This document shows, one piece after another, positions 53,072-62,965 of a stretch of DNA of 64,000 nucleotides. This stretch comes from an uncultured Verrucomicrobiae bacterium (lineage in GTDB: Bacteria; Verrucomicrobiota; Verrucomicrobiia; Limisphaerales; Palsa-1400). The stretch spans positions 608,217-672,216 of the forward strand of contig CAVPOM010000005.1 in NCBI GenBank assembly GCA_963707025.1, in the 5' to 3' direction. The notes under the pieces are model-generated. The model had not been told where the DNA came from. It saw nothing but the letters and a program-made list of their open reading frames with translations, and ran no database searches. How positions within the stretch are numbered: position 1 is the stretch's first letter; each line of letters starts with the position of its first letter. The position numbers were made by a program, and so were the translations under genes.

Positions 53072-54472
53072 TTACTGCGATGATCGGACGCGGTAGAATC
53101 GACTGGGATAATTCGTCCACTGCGGATCGCTGAAATGGCTCGTGCCGCCGGTCAGGGTGTTGGTGCTCACCGGCATCCAGACCGGATTGGCCAGATTCGT
53201 GGCGGCTTCCACCACGATGACCGCGGTGGCAGGGCCGGTGAGGTTGAATCCGAATTGACCGGCGGTGACTCTCATCGCCGTGGCCTGCGGATTCCACAAC
53301 ACCGCCGGGACGCCTCCAAACGTCGAACCCCAGCCTGTCGTGCCAGCCAGGTAATAGACAGTGGCAGGGTCACTGCAGAAAGCGTATCCATTATCTGGCG
53401 GTGCGTTCCCCAGAAAATAGGCGGACGTCAGGTTGTAGCAGTATTCGAACGCAAGATACCCGATGTTGGTAACGCTGGCGGGGATGGTCACGCTTGTCAG
53501 GCTGGAGCAGACGGCAAACGCACCATCCCCGATGCTGGTGACGCTATTGGGGATGGTCACGCTCGTCAGTCTTTCGCAGGCGTCAAACGCATCATTCCCA
53601 ATGCTGGTGACGCTGTTGGGAATGGTCACGCTCGTCAGGCTGATGCAGTAAGCGAACGCATAAGGCATGATGCTGGTAACGCTGTTGGGGATGGCCACGC
53701 TCGTCAGGCTTTGGCAGTTGTCAAACGCATCATTCCCAATGCTGGTGACACTGTTGGGAATGATCACATTTGTCAGGCCGTAGCAGTCGGCAAAAGCATT
53801 AGTCCCGATGCTGGTGACGCCGTTGGGGATGGTGTAACTTCCGCCCAGACCGCCGGGAAATTGCAGCAGTGTCGCTTGCGCCTTGTCAAACAAAACTCCG
53901 TTCGTACTGCTGTAAGCCGGGTTGGCCGCATCCACGGTGATGTTCGTCAGGCCGGTGCAGTCGAAAAACGCCTGAACTCCGATGCTGGTGACGCTGTTGG
54001 GAATGGTGTAACTTCCGCCCAGACCGCCGGGAAATTGCAGCAGTGTCGCTTGCGCCTTGTCAAACAAAACTCCGTTCATACTGCTGTAAGCCGGGTTGGC
54101 CGCATCCACGGTGATGCTCGTCAGGCTGGTGCAGTCGCCAAACGCCCCAGCCCCGATGCTGGTGACGCTGTTGGGGATGGTCACGCTCGCCAGCCTGTGA
54201 CACCCTGCGAACGCCCCAGCCCCGATGCTGGTGACGGGATAACCGTCATAGATGTTACTAATGACGACATTGGAAACGGCGTTCGGACTGTTTGTGACAT
54301 AAGCGGTATTACCGGACACCGCGTAGTTGACTTGCGCCTGAACCAGCGCGGGCAGCGCCAGCAACGCGGACAGGATGAGCAAGACTGAAGACCAGCCAGC
54401 ACGCGAACGCACGGCTGTCTTTCGAGAAGGGTTTAGATCATTCATAATGGTCTCTATACGGGCAGTTTTCAT
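53072..54472 (-). CDS. BspA-type leucine-rich repeat (LRR_5) exported protein
   Basis: Repeats of LTSVTIPNSVTSIG.xAF; signal peptide; ends RFYRVRSSQ. Confidence 0.88.
   Translation of the reverse strand: MKTARIETIMNDLNPSRKTAVRSRAGWSSVLLILSALLALPALVQAQVNYAVSGNTAYVTNSPNAVSNVVISNIYDGYPVTSIGAGAFAGCHRLASVTIPNSVTSIGAGAFGDCTSLTSITVDAANPAYSSMNGVLFDKAQATLLQFPGGLGGSYTIPNSVTSIGVQAFFDCTGLTNITVDAANPAYSSTNGVLFDKAQATLLQFPGGLGGSYTIPNGVTSIGTNAFADCYGLTNVIIPNSVTSIGNDAFDNCQSLTSVAIPNSVTSIMPYAFAYCISLTSVTIPNSVTSIGNDAFDACERLTSVTIPNSVTSIGDGAFAVCSSLTSVTIPASVTNIGYLAFEYCYNLTSAYFLGNAPPDNGYAFCSDPATVYYLAGTTGWGSTFGGVPAVLWNPQATAMRVTAGQFGFNLTGPATAVIVVEAATNLANPVWMPVSTNTLTGGTSHFSDPQWTNYPSRFYRVRSSQ
53807..54155. repeat. Near-identical 174-bp tandem duplication inside the LRR gene
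   Basis: The unit ITVDAANPAYSS.NGVLFDKAQATLLQFPGGLGGSYTIPN occurs twice with few substitutions. Confidence 0.85.
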
Positions 54473-54506
54473 TTTTCGTGCTTGAGTTGATGTGCTCACC
54501 ATTGAC

Positions 54507-54535
54507 CAGTGCGAAATTCCGGGGCCAAAGGTACA
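54507..54535 (-). promoter_or_regulatory. Candidate ECF sigma promoter upstream of the LRR gene
   Basis: TGTACCTTTG-N9-TTTCGCACTG, matching the copy at 57765-57793. Confidence 0.55.
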
Positions 54536-54662
54536 GTTCATTCTTGAAGAAAGTGATGAATCACGAACGAACCGTGAAATCACCCGGAGATGCTTGAAGA
54601 AAGCCGTTTTGGCGTGGTGCCGATACCGCCGCCAAGGTTGATGAGGAACGGCTATTGAAAAG

Positions 54663-57600
54663 TCACTTCTGCAACGGCGGTTCGGCAACCGGCACGGAGG
54701 GGCCCTTAAGGCGGAGCGCCAGCATTTCCTCTCGGAGCTTAAGAGCCTCCTCCCGACGGCCAGCCTCGTCGTAGGAATCCGCCAGGTTGTTCATCGCCAT
54801 GAGCGTGCTGGGATGTTCCGGGCCGAACACCTTGCGGAGGAGCGGGAGCACCTGCTCCCGCAGCTTGAGCGCCTCGCCACGACGGCCAGCGTCGTTATAG
54901 GAACTCGCCAGGTTGCCCATTGCGCCGAGCGTGTCGGGATGTTCCGAGCCGAGCACCTTGCGACTGAGCGTCAGCGCCTCTTCCCTCAGCTTGAGAGCCT
55001 CGTCTTTGCGGTTGGCGTCGTCGTAGAAATTCCCGAGGGCCAGGGTGGCCATGATCGTGTCGGGATGTTCCGGGCCACTCACCTTGCGGCGGAGTGAGAG
55101 CACTTGCTCACCCAGCTTGAGGGCTTCGTCAAGACGGCCAGCGTCGTGATAGGAAATCGCCAGATTGCCCATTGCGCTGATCGTATCGGGATGTTCCGGG
55201 CCGACCACTTTTTGGTAAAGCCTCAGCATCTCCTCCTTCAGTTTAATCGCCTCCCCCAGGCGGCCGAGCGAGCCATAGTAACGTGCCAGGTTATTCATCG
55301 CACCGAGCGTGTCGGGGTGTTCCGGGCCGAATGCTTTTTGACAAAGCCTCAGCGCCTCCTGACTCAGCTTGAGCGCCTCGTCTTTGCGGCCGGTCCCGTC
55401 GTAAGAATACGCCAGGTTGATCATCGCCGCGATCGTGTCGGGATGTTCCGGGTCGAGCGCCTTGCGGGTGAGCTGGAGCGTCTTCTCCCTCAGCTTGAGC
55501 GCCTCGTCTTTGCGGCCGGCCTCGTCATAAGATTTCGCCAGGCTGGTCATCGCTATGAGCGTGGTGGGGTGTTCCGGACCGTCCACTTTTTGGTAAAGCC
55601 TCAGCGTCTCCTCGCTCAACCTGATCGCCTCGTCTTTGCGGCCAGCGAGGCGATAGGACATCGCCAGGTTGTTCATCGCCATGAGCGTGTTGGGATGTTC
55701 CGGGCCGAGCACCTTGCGACTGAGCGTCAACATTTCTTCTCTCAGTTTGAGCGCCTCGTCTTTGCGGCCAGCGTCATCATATGAAATTGCCAGATTGTTC
55801 ATCGCCAAGAGCGTGCTGTGATGTTCCGGGCCGAGCACCTTGCGGGTGAGCGGGAGCACCTGCTCCCTCATTTTGAGCGCCTCGTCAAGACGGCCGGCGG
55901 CGTGATAGGAACTCCCCAGGTTGTTCATCGTCACGAACGTGTCGGGATGCTCCGGACCGAGCAGCTTGCGCCTGAGCGTCAGCGTTTCCTCGCTCAGCTT
56001 GATCGCCTCGTTAAGACGGCCGGCGACGTGATAGAACGTCGCCAGGCTGTTCATCGCCGCGAGCGTGTTCGTGTCGTCCAGACCGAACGTGGCGAGGTAG
56101 TAATCGCGAACTTTCTCCTGTAGAAGAATGGCCTCGGGGTAGAGTCCCAGTCCGTAGTAGGTGGAACCAAGGGTGGCTTGGAGCTTGGCCCGGCGGGCCG
56201 GCTGGGTGGCGAGGTCGGTTTCGAGTTTTTTTGCCGCCGCGCCGAGAGTTTCGGCCATTGTGATTGCGCGGCCGTTGCGGGCAGGGTCCGGACTTTGAAA
56301 CACTTCGGTCAGGAACTTGGAGACGGCTTCGGAGTCGGCCAGACGTTGTGTGGCCAAAGCTTCGTTTGCTTTGGACTCCACGAGACGTTGTTGGGCCAGG
56401 GCTTCTGCTTGCATGGCCCGTCGTGCCTGGCGATTGGCTCGGACGGCCTGCCAGGCGCTGATCGCAGTGGCGGCCATGAGCACCGCGGCCATCAGTGTTG
56501 CCACGGCGAAGGCGGTCTTGTTGCGCTGCCAGCTCTTTTGCAGCCGATAGCCGGCGCTCGGCGGCCGGGCCTGGACCGGCTCGTTTTCCATGTGGCGCTG
56601 TATGTCCATCGCCAAACCGTTGGCCGTCTCGTATCGCCGCGTCCGATCCTTATCCAGCGCTTTCATCACAATCCAGTCCAGATCCCCACGCACCAAATGA
56701 ATCAATTTGGGAGGTTCGGTCTGCCGGTGTTGGGCGATTAACGTCAGATCCGCTCCCAGCATCGTGCTCAAACAGGTGGAGGGACGCGGCGGTTCCTGCT
56801 CCCGTATCATCCGACGGATTTCATCCAGCCCGGCTTGCAACAACTTTTTGGCGTCAAACGGCGTCTGGCCCGTCAACAGTTCATAAAGCAGGACACCGAG
56901 GCTGTAAATGTCGCTGCGGGTGTCAATGTCCAGCACTCTCATCTCCGCCTGCTCCGGGCTCATGTAGGCCGGCGTCCCAACGAACTGCTCGAAGGCGGTG
57001 AAGGGGGTGTGATCAGTCAATTTGCCTTGCGTCGCCTTGGCAATTCCAAAGTCAATCACCTTGGGCACGGGCGCGCGGTCGTCCATCGTCACCAGAATGT
57101 TGGACGGTTTGATGTCCCGGTGAATGATGCCTTTCTGGTGGGCGTGCTGAATGGCCCGGCAAACTTGAATGAACAGGTCCAGCCGTTCCCGGGTGGAAAG
57201 ATTGTTCTGGTCGCAGTAATCGGTGATTTTGATGCCACGCACCAGTTCCATGACGAAATAGGGTCGTCCGGCATCCGTCGCGCCGGCGTCCAGCACCTTC
57301 GCAATGTTGGGATGGTCCATCAACGCCAGCGCCTGCCGCTCGGCTTCAAAACGGGCGATGACATTCTTGGTGTCCATGCCCAGCTTGATGACCTTGAGGG
57401 CAACCCGGCGGCGAACCGGCTCTTCCTGTTCGGCCATATAGACCACCCCGCAACCGCCTTCGCCAATTTGTTGGAGCAGTTTGTAGCGGCCAATCCGGTC
57501 GCCGGGTTTCTCGGCGGGTATCATTGGAGGACGGACGGTTTTGCCTTCTCCGGGCAAAACTGCGGCCGAGCCTTCAAGGCAGGCGCAAGATTCTTCGCTG

Positions 57601-57740
57601 GCTTGAAGCAGGGCTGCCACGCGCTGACGCAGTGCGGGGTCGCCGGCGCACGCTTGGTCAAGATATGCGGCGCGCTCCGCGGGTGGCAATTCCAGCGCCG
57701 TGTTGAACACCTCAATTTCGTGTTCCGATGGCTGAGGCAT
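54663..57740 (-). CDS. Hanks-type Ser/Thr protein kinase with TM helix and about 11 42-aa TPR repeats
   Basis: IGEGGCG, VALK, HRDIKPSN, DFG, YMSPEQ; repeated LGPEHPDTL.AMNNLA. Confidence 0.93.
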   Translation of the reverse strand: MPQPSEHEIEVFNTALELPPAERAAYLDQACAGDPALRQRVAALLQASEESCACLEGSAAVLPGEGKTVRPPMIPAEKPGDRIGRYKLLQQIGEGGCGVVYMAEQEEPVRRRVALKVIKLGMDTKNVIARFEAERQALALMDHPNIAKVLDAGATDAGRPYFVMELVRGIKITDYCDQNNLSTRERLDLFIQVCRAIQHAHQKGIIHRDIKPSNILVTMDDRAPVPKVIDFGIAKATQGKLTDHTPFTAFEQFVGTPAYMSPEQAEMRVLDIDTRSDIYSLGVLLYELLTGQTPFDAKKLLQAGLDEIRRMIREQEPPRPSTCLSTMLGADLTLIAQHRQTEPPKLIHLVRGDLDWIVMKALDKDRTRRYETANGLAMDIQRHMENEPVQARPPSAGYRLQKSWQRNKTAFAVATLMAAVLMAATAISAWQAVRANRQARRAMQAEALAQQRLVESKANEALATQRLADSEAVSKFLTEVFQSPDPARNGRAITMAETLGAAAKKLETDLATQPARRAKLQATLGSTYYGLGLYPEAILLQEKVRDYYLATFGLDDTNTLAAMNSLATFYHVAGRLNEAIKLSEETLTLRRKLLGPEHPDTFVTMNNLGSSYHAAGRLDEALKMREQVLPLTRKVLGPEHHSTLLAMNNLAISYDDAGRKDEALKLREEMLTLSRKVLGPEHPNTLMAMNNLAMSYRLAGRKDEAIRLSEETLRLYQKVDGPEHPTTLIAMTSLAKSYDEAGRKDEALKLREKTLQLTRKALDPEHPDTIAAMINLAYSYDGTGRKDEALKLSQEALRLCQKAFGPEHPDTLGAMNNLARYYGSLGRLGEAIKLKEEMLRLYQKVVGPEHPDTISAMGNLAISYHDAGRLDEALKLGEQVLSLRRKVSGPEHPDTIMATLALGNFYDDANRKDEALKLREEALTLSRKVLGSEHPDTLGAMGNLASSYNDAGRRGEALKLREQVLPLLRKVFGPEHPSTLMAMNNLADSYDEAGRREEALKLREEMLALRLKGPSVPVAEPPLQK

Positions 57741-57764
57741 AGGCTAAGCTGATCATTCACCGTT

Positions 57765-57793
57765 CAGTGCGAAAAAAACAGCGCAAAAGGACA
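57765..57793 (-). promoter_or_regulatory. Candidate ECF sigma promoter upstream of the kinase gene
   Basis: TGTCCTTTTG-N9-TTTCGCACTG. Confidence 0.55.
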
Positions 57794-58233
57794 AAAAAAG
57801 TTTTCCCATCCCGTGGAGGTAAAAATGACCGAGGAAGTATTTTTTCGAGAACTGGAGCATCGGAATGTCCACAACTCAGGGCGGTTAAGCGTGATCAGGT
57901 CCAGCTTACTCAAGCCGCCGTCGGGAGAGCATTATGCTTCCAGTTGGCCTGGGCCCACGCCGCTGGCGTGAAATCCCTAATCTGGGTGATCTTGGCGGCA
58001 GGCAAGCGGGAGAACAAATCTTTCAAATAATCGAAGGGGTTGATCCCATGGCGCCGACAACTGCCGAGCAACGTGTAAATCACCGCGCTACGTTCGCCAG
58101 CTTCGGGATGGCCTATGAACAAAAAGTTCTTTTTGCCCAGAGCGGATGGGCGAATTGAGCTGGACCCCTATTTTTAGACCACAGGTAAGTTTCGATTTTT
58201 GCCGGTTTGCTGTAGATAAGAAAGAGCAGACTT

Positions 58234-58524
58234 ATGAAAGCAAAACGGAAAAGACACAGTGCGGCCTTCAAGGCCAAAGTGGGATTCGAAGCCCTGGTGG
58301 GGCTGAAGACGGTCGCGCAATTGGCGCGAGAGTATGCGGTGCATCCGGCGCAGGTCACGCAGTGGCGGGCGACGATTCGGGATCACATGCCCGAATTGTT
58401 TGAGCCCGGGCAACCCCGCACGGAGGATCAGGAACAGTTGATTGCCCAACTGCATGAGAAGATTGGCCAACTGACGGTGGACTTGGACTGGCTTAAAAAA
58501 AAGTCCAGGCAACTGGGGCTTTAA
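58234..58524 (+). CDS. IS3 transposase OrfA
   Basis: RKRHSAAFKAKV HTH; ends at an A8G slippery site. Confidence 0.9.
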   Translation: MKAKRKRHSAAFKAKVGFEALVGLKTVAQLAREYAVHPAQVTQWRATIRDHMPELFEPGQPRTEDQEQLIAQLHEKIGQLTVDLDWLKKKSRQLGL

Positions 58525-58556
58525 CATGTTTAATCGCTCCCGATCCGCAGCTCAGC

Positions 58557-59411
58557 GTGCGGCGCCAGTGCGAGCTGCTGGCGGTGTGCCGTGGCAGTTA
58601 TTATTACCAGTGCTGTCCGGAGACAGAGGAGAACCTGGCGCTGATGCGGCGGTTGGACCAGATGCATTTGGACCACCCGGTTTATGGCAGCCGCAAACTG
58701 ACCGTGCTGTTGCGCCGGGAGGGTTTGACCATCAATCGCAAACGGGTGGTGCGGCTGCTGCGGTTGATGGGGATCGAGGCGATTTACGCCAAGCCCAAGA
58801 CGAGTCTGCGGGAGATGGGGCACCAGATTTATCCGTATCTGTTACGCAATTTGGCAGTGACGGGACCGGATCAGGTTTGGTGTTCGGACATTACGTATGT
58901 GCCTATGGCAACTGGGTTTATGTATTTGGTGGCGGTGATGGATTGGTGGAGTCGTTACGTGCTGGGATGGCGCTTGAGCAACACGTTGGAGGCGGACTTT
59001 TGTGTGGACGCTTGGGAGGCGGCGTTGCGGGCGGGGCGTCAGGCGCCGTTGATTTCCAATACCGACCAGGGATCGCAGTTCACCTCCCCGATGTTTATCG
59101 ATGCGGTGGAATCGGCGGGGGTGGACGTGAGCATGGACGGACGGGGTTGCTGGATGGACAACCGGTTTATCGAGCGGCTGTGGCGGAGCGCCAAGTATGA
59201 GGACATTTATTTGCAAGACTATGGCGACGGGTTGGCGGCAGGGCGCGGACTGGGCCGGTGGTTTGACGGCTACAACCGGGAACGACCGCACCAGGCGTTG
59301 GGCTATGCGACGCCGGCGGACGCGTATTTTGATCCCGGCACGCATGGAGCCCAACCGGCCAAATGGGAAGCGATGCAACCTGCCAGAGGCAGGAGCGATC
59401 GCAGCACTTGA
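58557..59411 (+). CDS. IS3 transposase OrfB (DDE integrase core), reached by -1 frameshift
   Basis: WCSDITY, TDQGSQF, IERLWRSAKYE. Confidence 0.9.
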   Translation: MRRQCELLAVCRGSYYYQCCPETEENLALMRRLDQMHLDHPVYGSRKLTVLLRREGLTINRKRVVRLLRLMGIEAIYAKPKTSLREMGHQIYPYLLRNLAVTGPDQVWCSDITYVPMATGFMYLVAVMDWWSRYVLGWRLSNTLEADFCVDAWEAALRAGRQAPLISNTDQGSQFTSPMFIDAVESAGVDVSMDGRGCWMDNRFIERLWRSAKYEDIYLQDYGDGLAAGRGLGRWFDGYNRERPHQALGYATPADAYFDPGTHGAQPAKWEAMQPARGRSDRST

Positions 59412-59879
59412 CAGAGAGGCAGGCGGCAGGAAAAGGCTTGAAATCAGACCGCCTGCGGCGGTAGAGTTGAGAACCCTAAGAAAACGGAGAGGGAGGACGG
59501 GCAGTGCTCCGCATCGCTCGTTCTCTCTTTTCGAAAGGGGTTTGAAACACGGAATGAACAGTAGTCAACTACAATTAGTAATGACAGCAATCGGCAAAAG
59601 TCGCGCTTATTTCATGCGCTCCGTGGTCTAAAGGATGGGGTCCACCTCAAATCGAGTTTTCAATTAAATTTGAATCGATCTCCAAAACCCCATCATCCAC
59701 AAAGCGCGTCAACGCTTCCCAACGTTTGAGCGCATAATCAATGGCCTTTCCCAACAGTCCTTGGGGCAATGTGCGACGACGCATAAACTCCATCGCCCGG
59801 CGCAATCGTTCCAAGACCGGACGGCTTTGCCAGTTCCGCATCGCCGCCCGCAACCGAGGACCGGCCCTCTTCTCACGCA

Positions 59880-60163
59880 GGAGGTTGCGCTGCTTGTCCG
59901 AGCAGTTCCACTTCTCCTCGAATGACCGGCGGCCATTTCCGTTGCCGGCGTTACGATTGCCATTGCCATCTGGCCCAGGCAGGAATCCCGTGTTCTGAAT
60001 GTCCCGGTCCACGTTGCTTTGGAGCGTGGCAAAGAGTTGCCCGGCTCTCATTTTCAACCTGGCTGATGTCGCTCACCTCCTTGCGGACGGTCAGCGAGTA
60101 CTGGTGTGACGAATAGCCCGGCAAACCGAGTTTTTTGGAATAATTGGCTTCGAGCACAATCAT
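59880..60163 (-). pseudogene. Mobile-element hypothetical gene, frameshifted and truncated by the IS66 remnant
   Basis: LEANYSKKLGLPGYSSHQYS continues in another frame as LQSNVDRDIQNTGFLP..WNCSDKQR and then runs into tnpC. Confidence 0.5.
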
Positions 60164-60421
60164 GGTGTGATTCTCCTTTCGTTGAAACGAAAACACCCGG
60201 TTCATCACCGGGCGCCTTGATCCGTGTTTTTGATTTACGAGCAGCCGCCATGGATCAAGAGGCGGCTTCCGTTTTGTTTGGTTGGAAATGCAGTTGCAGG
60301 GTGGGATTGGTCGGCACGACGGGCTCGCTGGCGAACTTCATGTGGGCGGCGGCGAGGACGGGATGCAAAACGGGCGGTTGACAACGGATCGGTTGTTGCA
60401 TGATTAAAAGGGTAACATTAT

Positions 60422-60736
60422 ATGCTCACGTTTGCTCAAGCGTTGGAGTTGGCCGAGACCTGGATTAGGATCGTCACGGGAGATCAGGCTATTGTGGTCA
60501 AAGAGGACACGCTCAAACGACCCTACGGGTGGGTTTTCTTTTACCAGAGTCGTAAATACTTGGCCTCTGGCGAGACGCGGGATAGGCTGGCAGGGAACGC
60601 GCCCATTTTAATTGATCGAGTGAACGCCGAGCTTCGAGTCACTGGCACGGCGCACTCGATTGAGAAGTATTTGGCGGACTACGAAGCGACGATCCCGGCG
60701 GCGCGGAAGCAAATGAGCCCACCGAAAGAGCCGTGA
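60422..60736 (+). CDS. YrhB / Imm35-like immunity protein
   Basis: YGWVFFYQS..YL.SG...LAGNAPILIDR..GTA..IE.Y. Confidence 0.8.
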   Translation: MLTFAQALELAETWIRIVTGDQAIVVKEDTLKRPYGWVFFYQSRKYLASGETRDRLAGNAPILIDRVNAELRVTGTAHSIEKYLADYEATIPAARKQMSPPKEP

Positions 60737-60746
60737 GTGCGGGATG

Positions 60747-61490
60747 TTAGGGTGTTTCGATCTGATCCTTCATACGGTAACTCCGGCCTTCCACGATCAC
60801 CGTTTCGGCGTGGTGCAGGAGCCGGTCCAGCACGGCGCTGGTCAGGGTGCTGTCGTTGTTGAAGATTTTGGGCCAGTTTTTATAGGGCTGGTTGGTCGTG
60901 ACGATGGTCGAACCGGTCTCGTAACGCTGGCTGAAGACTTGGAAGAGCAAATCGGCGCCGGTTTTATCGATCGGCAAATATCCAAGCTCGTCAATACAAA
61001 TTATGCTGGGGCTCATGTATTTCTTGAGTTCGGCTTTGAGGCGGTGGGTGGATTGGGCCGCCGCCAGAGTGTTGACGATGTTGATGGCGGTGGTGAACAG
61101 CACCGTGTGGCCGGCCAGACAGCCCTCATAGGCCAGCGCGGTCGCCAAGTGGCTCTTTCCGAGGCCGGCGCCGCCCATGAAAATGACATTGGCCTTGGCC
61201 TTGAGGAAGGAGAGGCGGAAGAGATTTTGCACTTGGGTTCGATTGATTTTCTTGGGCCAAGTCCAGTTGAACTGTTCGAGGGTTTTAATGACCGGAAAGC
61301 GCGCCGCCTGGATGCGGCGCTGGGTCGCCCGGTCCTTCCGCCGGAGGGCTTCGCCTTCGGCCAGGCGGCTTAGAAAGTCCAGTTGCGTCCAGTTTTTCTC
61401 CGCCGCCTCTTGGGCCAGGGCTTGGTGGTGCTCCTGAAAATAGGAGAGTTTGAGGTAAAACAAATGCGTCACAAGTTGATCGTCGTTCAT
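60747..61490 (-). CDS. istB: IS21 helper ATPase IstB
   Basis: ARFP..KTLEQF, GGAGLGKSHLA, IDELGY, VLDRLLHH, GRSYR; ATGA overlap with istA. Confidence 0.93.
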   Translation of the reverse strand: MNDDQLVTHLFYLKLSYFQEHHQALAQEAAEKNWTQLDFLSRLAEGEALRRKDRATQRRIQAARFPVIKTLEQFNWTWPKKINRTQVQNLFRLSFLKAKANVIFMGGAGLGKSHLATALAYEGCLAGHTVLFTTAINIVNTLAAAQSTHRLKAELKKYMSPSIICIDELGYLPIDKTGADLLFQVFSQRYETGSTIVTTNQPYKNWPKIFNNDSTLTSAVLDRLLHHAETVIVEGRSYRMKDQIETP

Positions 61491-62965
61491 GGGTTGGGTG
61501 GAGAGTCGGGTTGGTTCTTGGAGTCGTAAAGAGAGAGGTCTGGCGCGGGCAGATCCAACTCCAGCAGGTCTTGTTGCCGAGTCAGGTGCAACGCGCCGGG
61601 TTCCTCGGGCGGATGCTGGCGTTGCTGTAAAAGGTTGGCGATGTATTCGCAGGAAAAAGCCTGATAGGTGAAGGCGTCTTCCATGGCGCGAGCGACCGCT
61701 TCGACGCCATAAAGCTCGCTCAAGGCGACGATCTTCTGGACGTGATGTTTGGGATTGAGACGCCGCTGTTCCAGTTGCTGATAGTAATCGTCGGCCTTGG
61801 GGCACAGGGCCAAAAAGCGCAGGTAGAGCTTTTGCTCGCGTGCCTTTTTACGGTGCAAGAGCAAGGGCGCCACATGGTCGGGCAACTCGTAGTCCTGGTT
61901 GCGGTCGTAACGGCGCACATGTTCGGCCACCAGCTTCTCCTGGTCATAAACCAGGAGCCGGTCGGCGAACCGTTTCAAGGTGAGCTGGCTCGACGCATAC
62001 TGGCAGGGGACCGAATAACGGTTGCCATCAACGATGATGCGGAACTGACTGTTGACCCGGACGGGGCCTACGACGGCCGCCTCATAAGGCAGCGGATGGA
62101 GGGGCTTGAGGTTTTCCTGGGTGAAGAGTTCCTGGGGCGTTTTTTGGGTCTGACCGTGAACCCGGATATTGGCCACCGTGTCCAACCAATAGCGCGCCGC
62201 CGGATTAACGGCTTGAAAATCCGAGAGTTGCAGACCGTTGAGGAAGTTCTTTTTGACATATCCCACGCCATTCTCGACGCGCCCTTTTTCCTGGGGCTGA
62301 GATGGGCCACAGGCTCTGATTTGAAAACCGTGATGGTTGGCAAAATCCAAGTAACGCGGGTTGAACGTGATCGAGGTGCCGACCCGGCTCAAGACGGCGA
62401 CCTTGCAGTTATCGACCCAAACCTGGCACACCACCCCACCGAAGTATTCCAGGGCGTGCTGGTGGCAGGCCAGAAAATGCTCCATCGTTTCGGCCAGCGT
62501 GAACTCCAGATACATTTTGCGGCTGAAGGCCAGCACCATGATAAAAAAGGACAGGCGGCGCTGGGTGGATCCCACCGGGACCGAACCGGCGCATCCCCAG
62601 TCCACTTGGGCGCACTCTCCGGGTTCAAAGTGGAGCGTCAGGAAAGCCGGCCGCGGTTTGGGGCGCACCTGGCGCACGAACTCCTTGAGGATGGTGTAGC
62701 GTCCCTGGAAGCCCCGCTCCTTGAGTTGCTGGAAAATCTGCTGGGCCGAGTAAGCATGTTGTTCCAACAGGCGGACGATGTTGCCCTTGAACGGATCAAG
62801 TTTGCTGGGGCGCTGAGGGATGGCGGCGGGCTTAAAACTCTCCCGCCCGGCCCATTTGCGGACGGTGTTCAAACCCAGTTTGAGTTCGCGGGCGATCTGC
62901 CGCAGGCCCAGCTTCTTTTCGGTGAACAACTGCCGAATCTGGCAATAGGTTTGATAATCGATCAT
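61487..62965 (-). CDS. istA: IS21 transposase IstA
   Basis: HTH, SKLDPFK, PGECAQVDW, VDNCK, EKGRVENGV. Confidence 0.95.
   Translation of the reverse strand: MIDYQTYCQIRQLFTEKKLGLRQIARELKLGLNTVRKWAGRESFKPAAIPQRPSKLDPFKGNIVRLLEQHAYSAQQIFQQLKERGFQGRYTILKEFVRQVRPKPRPAFLTLHFEPGECAQVDWGCAGSVPVGSTQRRLSFFIMVLAFSRKMYLEFTLAETMEHFLACHQHALEYFGGVVCQVWVDNCKVAVLSRVGTSITFNPRYLDFANHHGFQIRACGPSQPQEKGRVENGVGYVKKNFLNGLQLSDFQAVNPAARYWLDTVANIRVHGQTQKTPQELFTQENLKPLHPLPYEAAVVGPVRVNSQFRIIVDGNRYSVPCQYASSQLTLKRFADRLLVYDQEKLVAEHVRRYDRNQDYELPDHVAPLLLHRKKAREQKLYLRFLALCPKADDYYQQLEQRRLNPKHHVQKIVALSELYGVEAVARAMEDAFTYQAFSCEYIANLLQQRQHPPEEPGALHLTRQQDLLELDLPAPDLSLYDSKNQPDSPPNP

Larger units (their letters stand above)
58156..59649 (+). 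mobile_element. Intact IS3-family insertion sequence, 1494 bp
   Basis: IRL TGAGCTGGACCCCTATTTTTAGACCAC, IRR (reverse complement) TGAGGTGGACCCCATCCTTTAGACCAC, 3-bp AAT target duplication. Confidence 0.92.
57885..59880 (-). mobile_element. IS66-family remnant (3' end of tnpC) interrupted by the IS3 element
   Basis: Removing the IS3 restores LGKAIDYAL.RW..L.RF..DG.LEIDSNLIENSIRPSALGKKNFLFIG..AGERSA.IYTLLGSC..HGINPFDYL. Confidence 0.85.

Noticed and set aside
53807..54155. LRR duplication as a DGR template/variable repeat pair
   Set aside because: The copies are tandem and in frame within one gene, the differences are not clearly adenine-specific, and there is no reverse transcriptase in the window.
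54600..54662. Nested hairpin with TGATGA...GAAA as a hammerhead ribozyme
   Set aside because: The core lacks the C of CUGAUGA and stem II cannot pair; more likely an ordinary intergenic hairpin.
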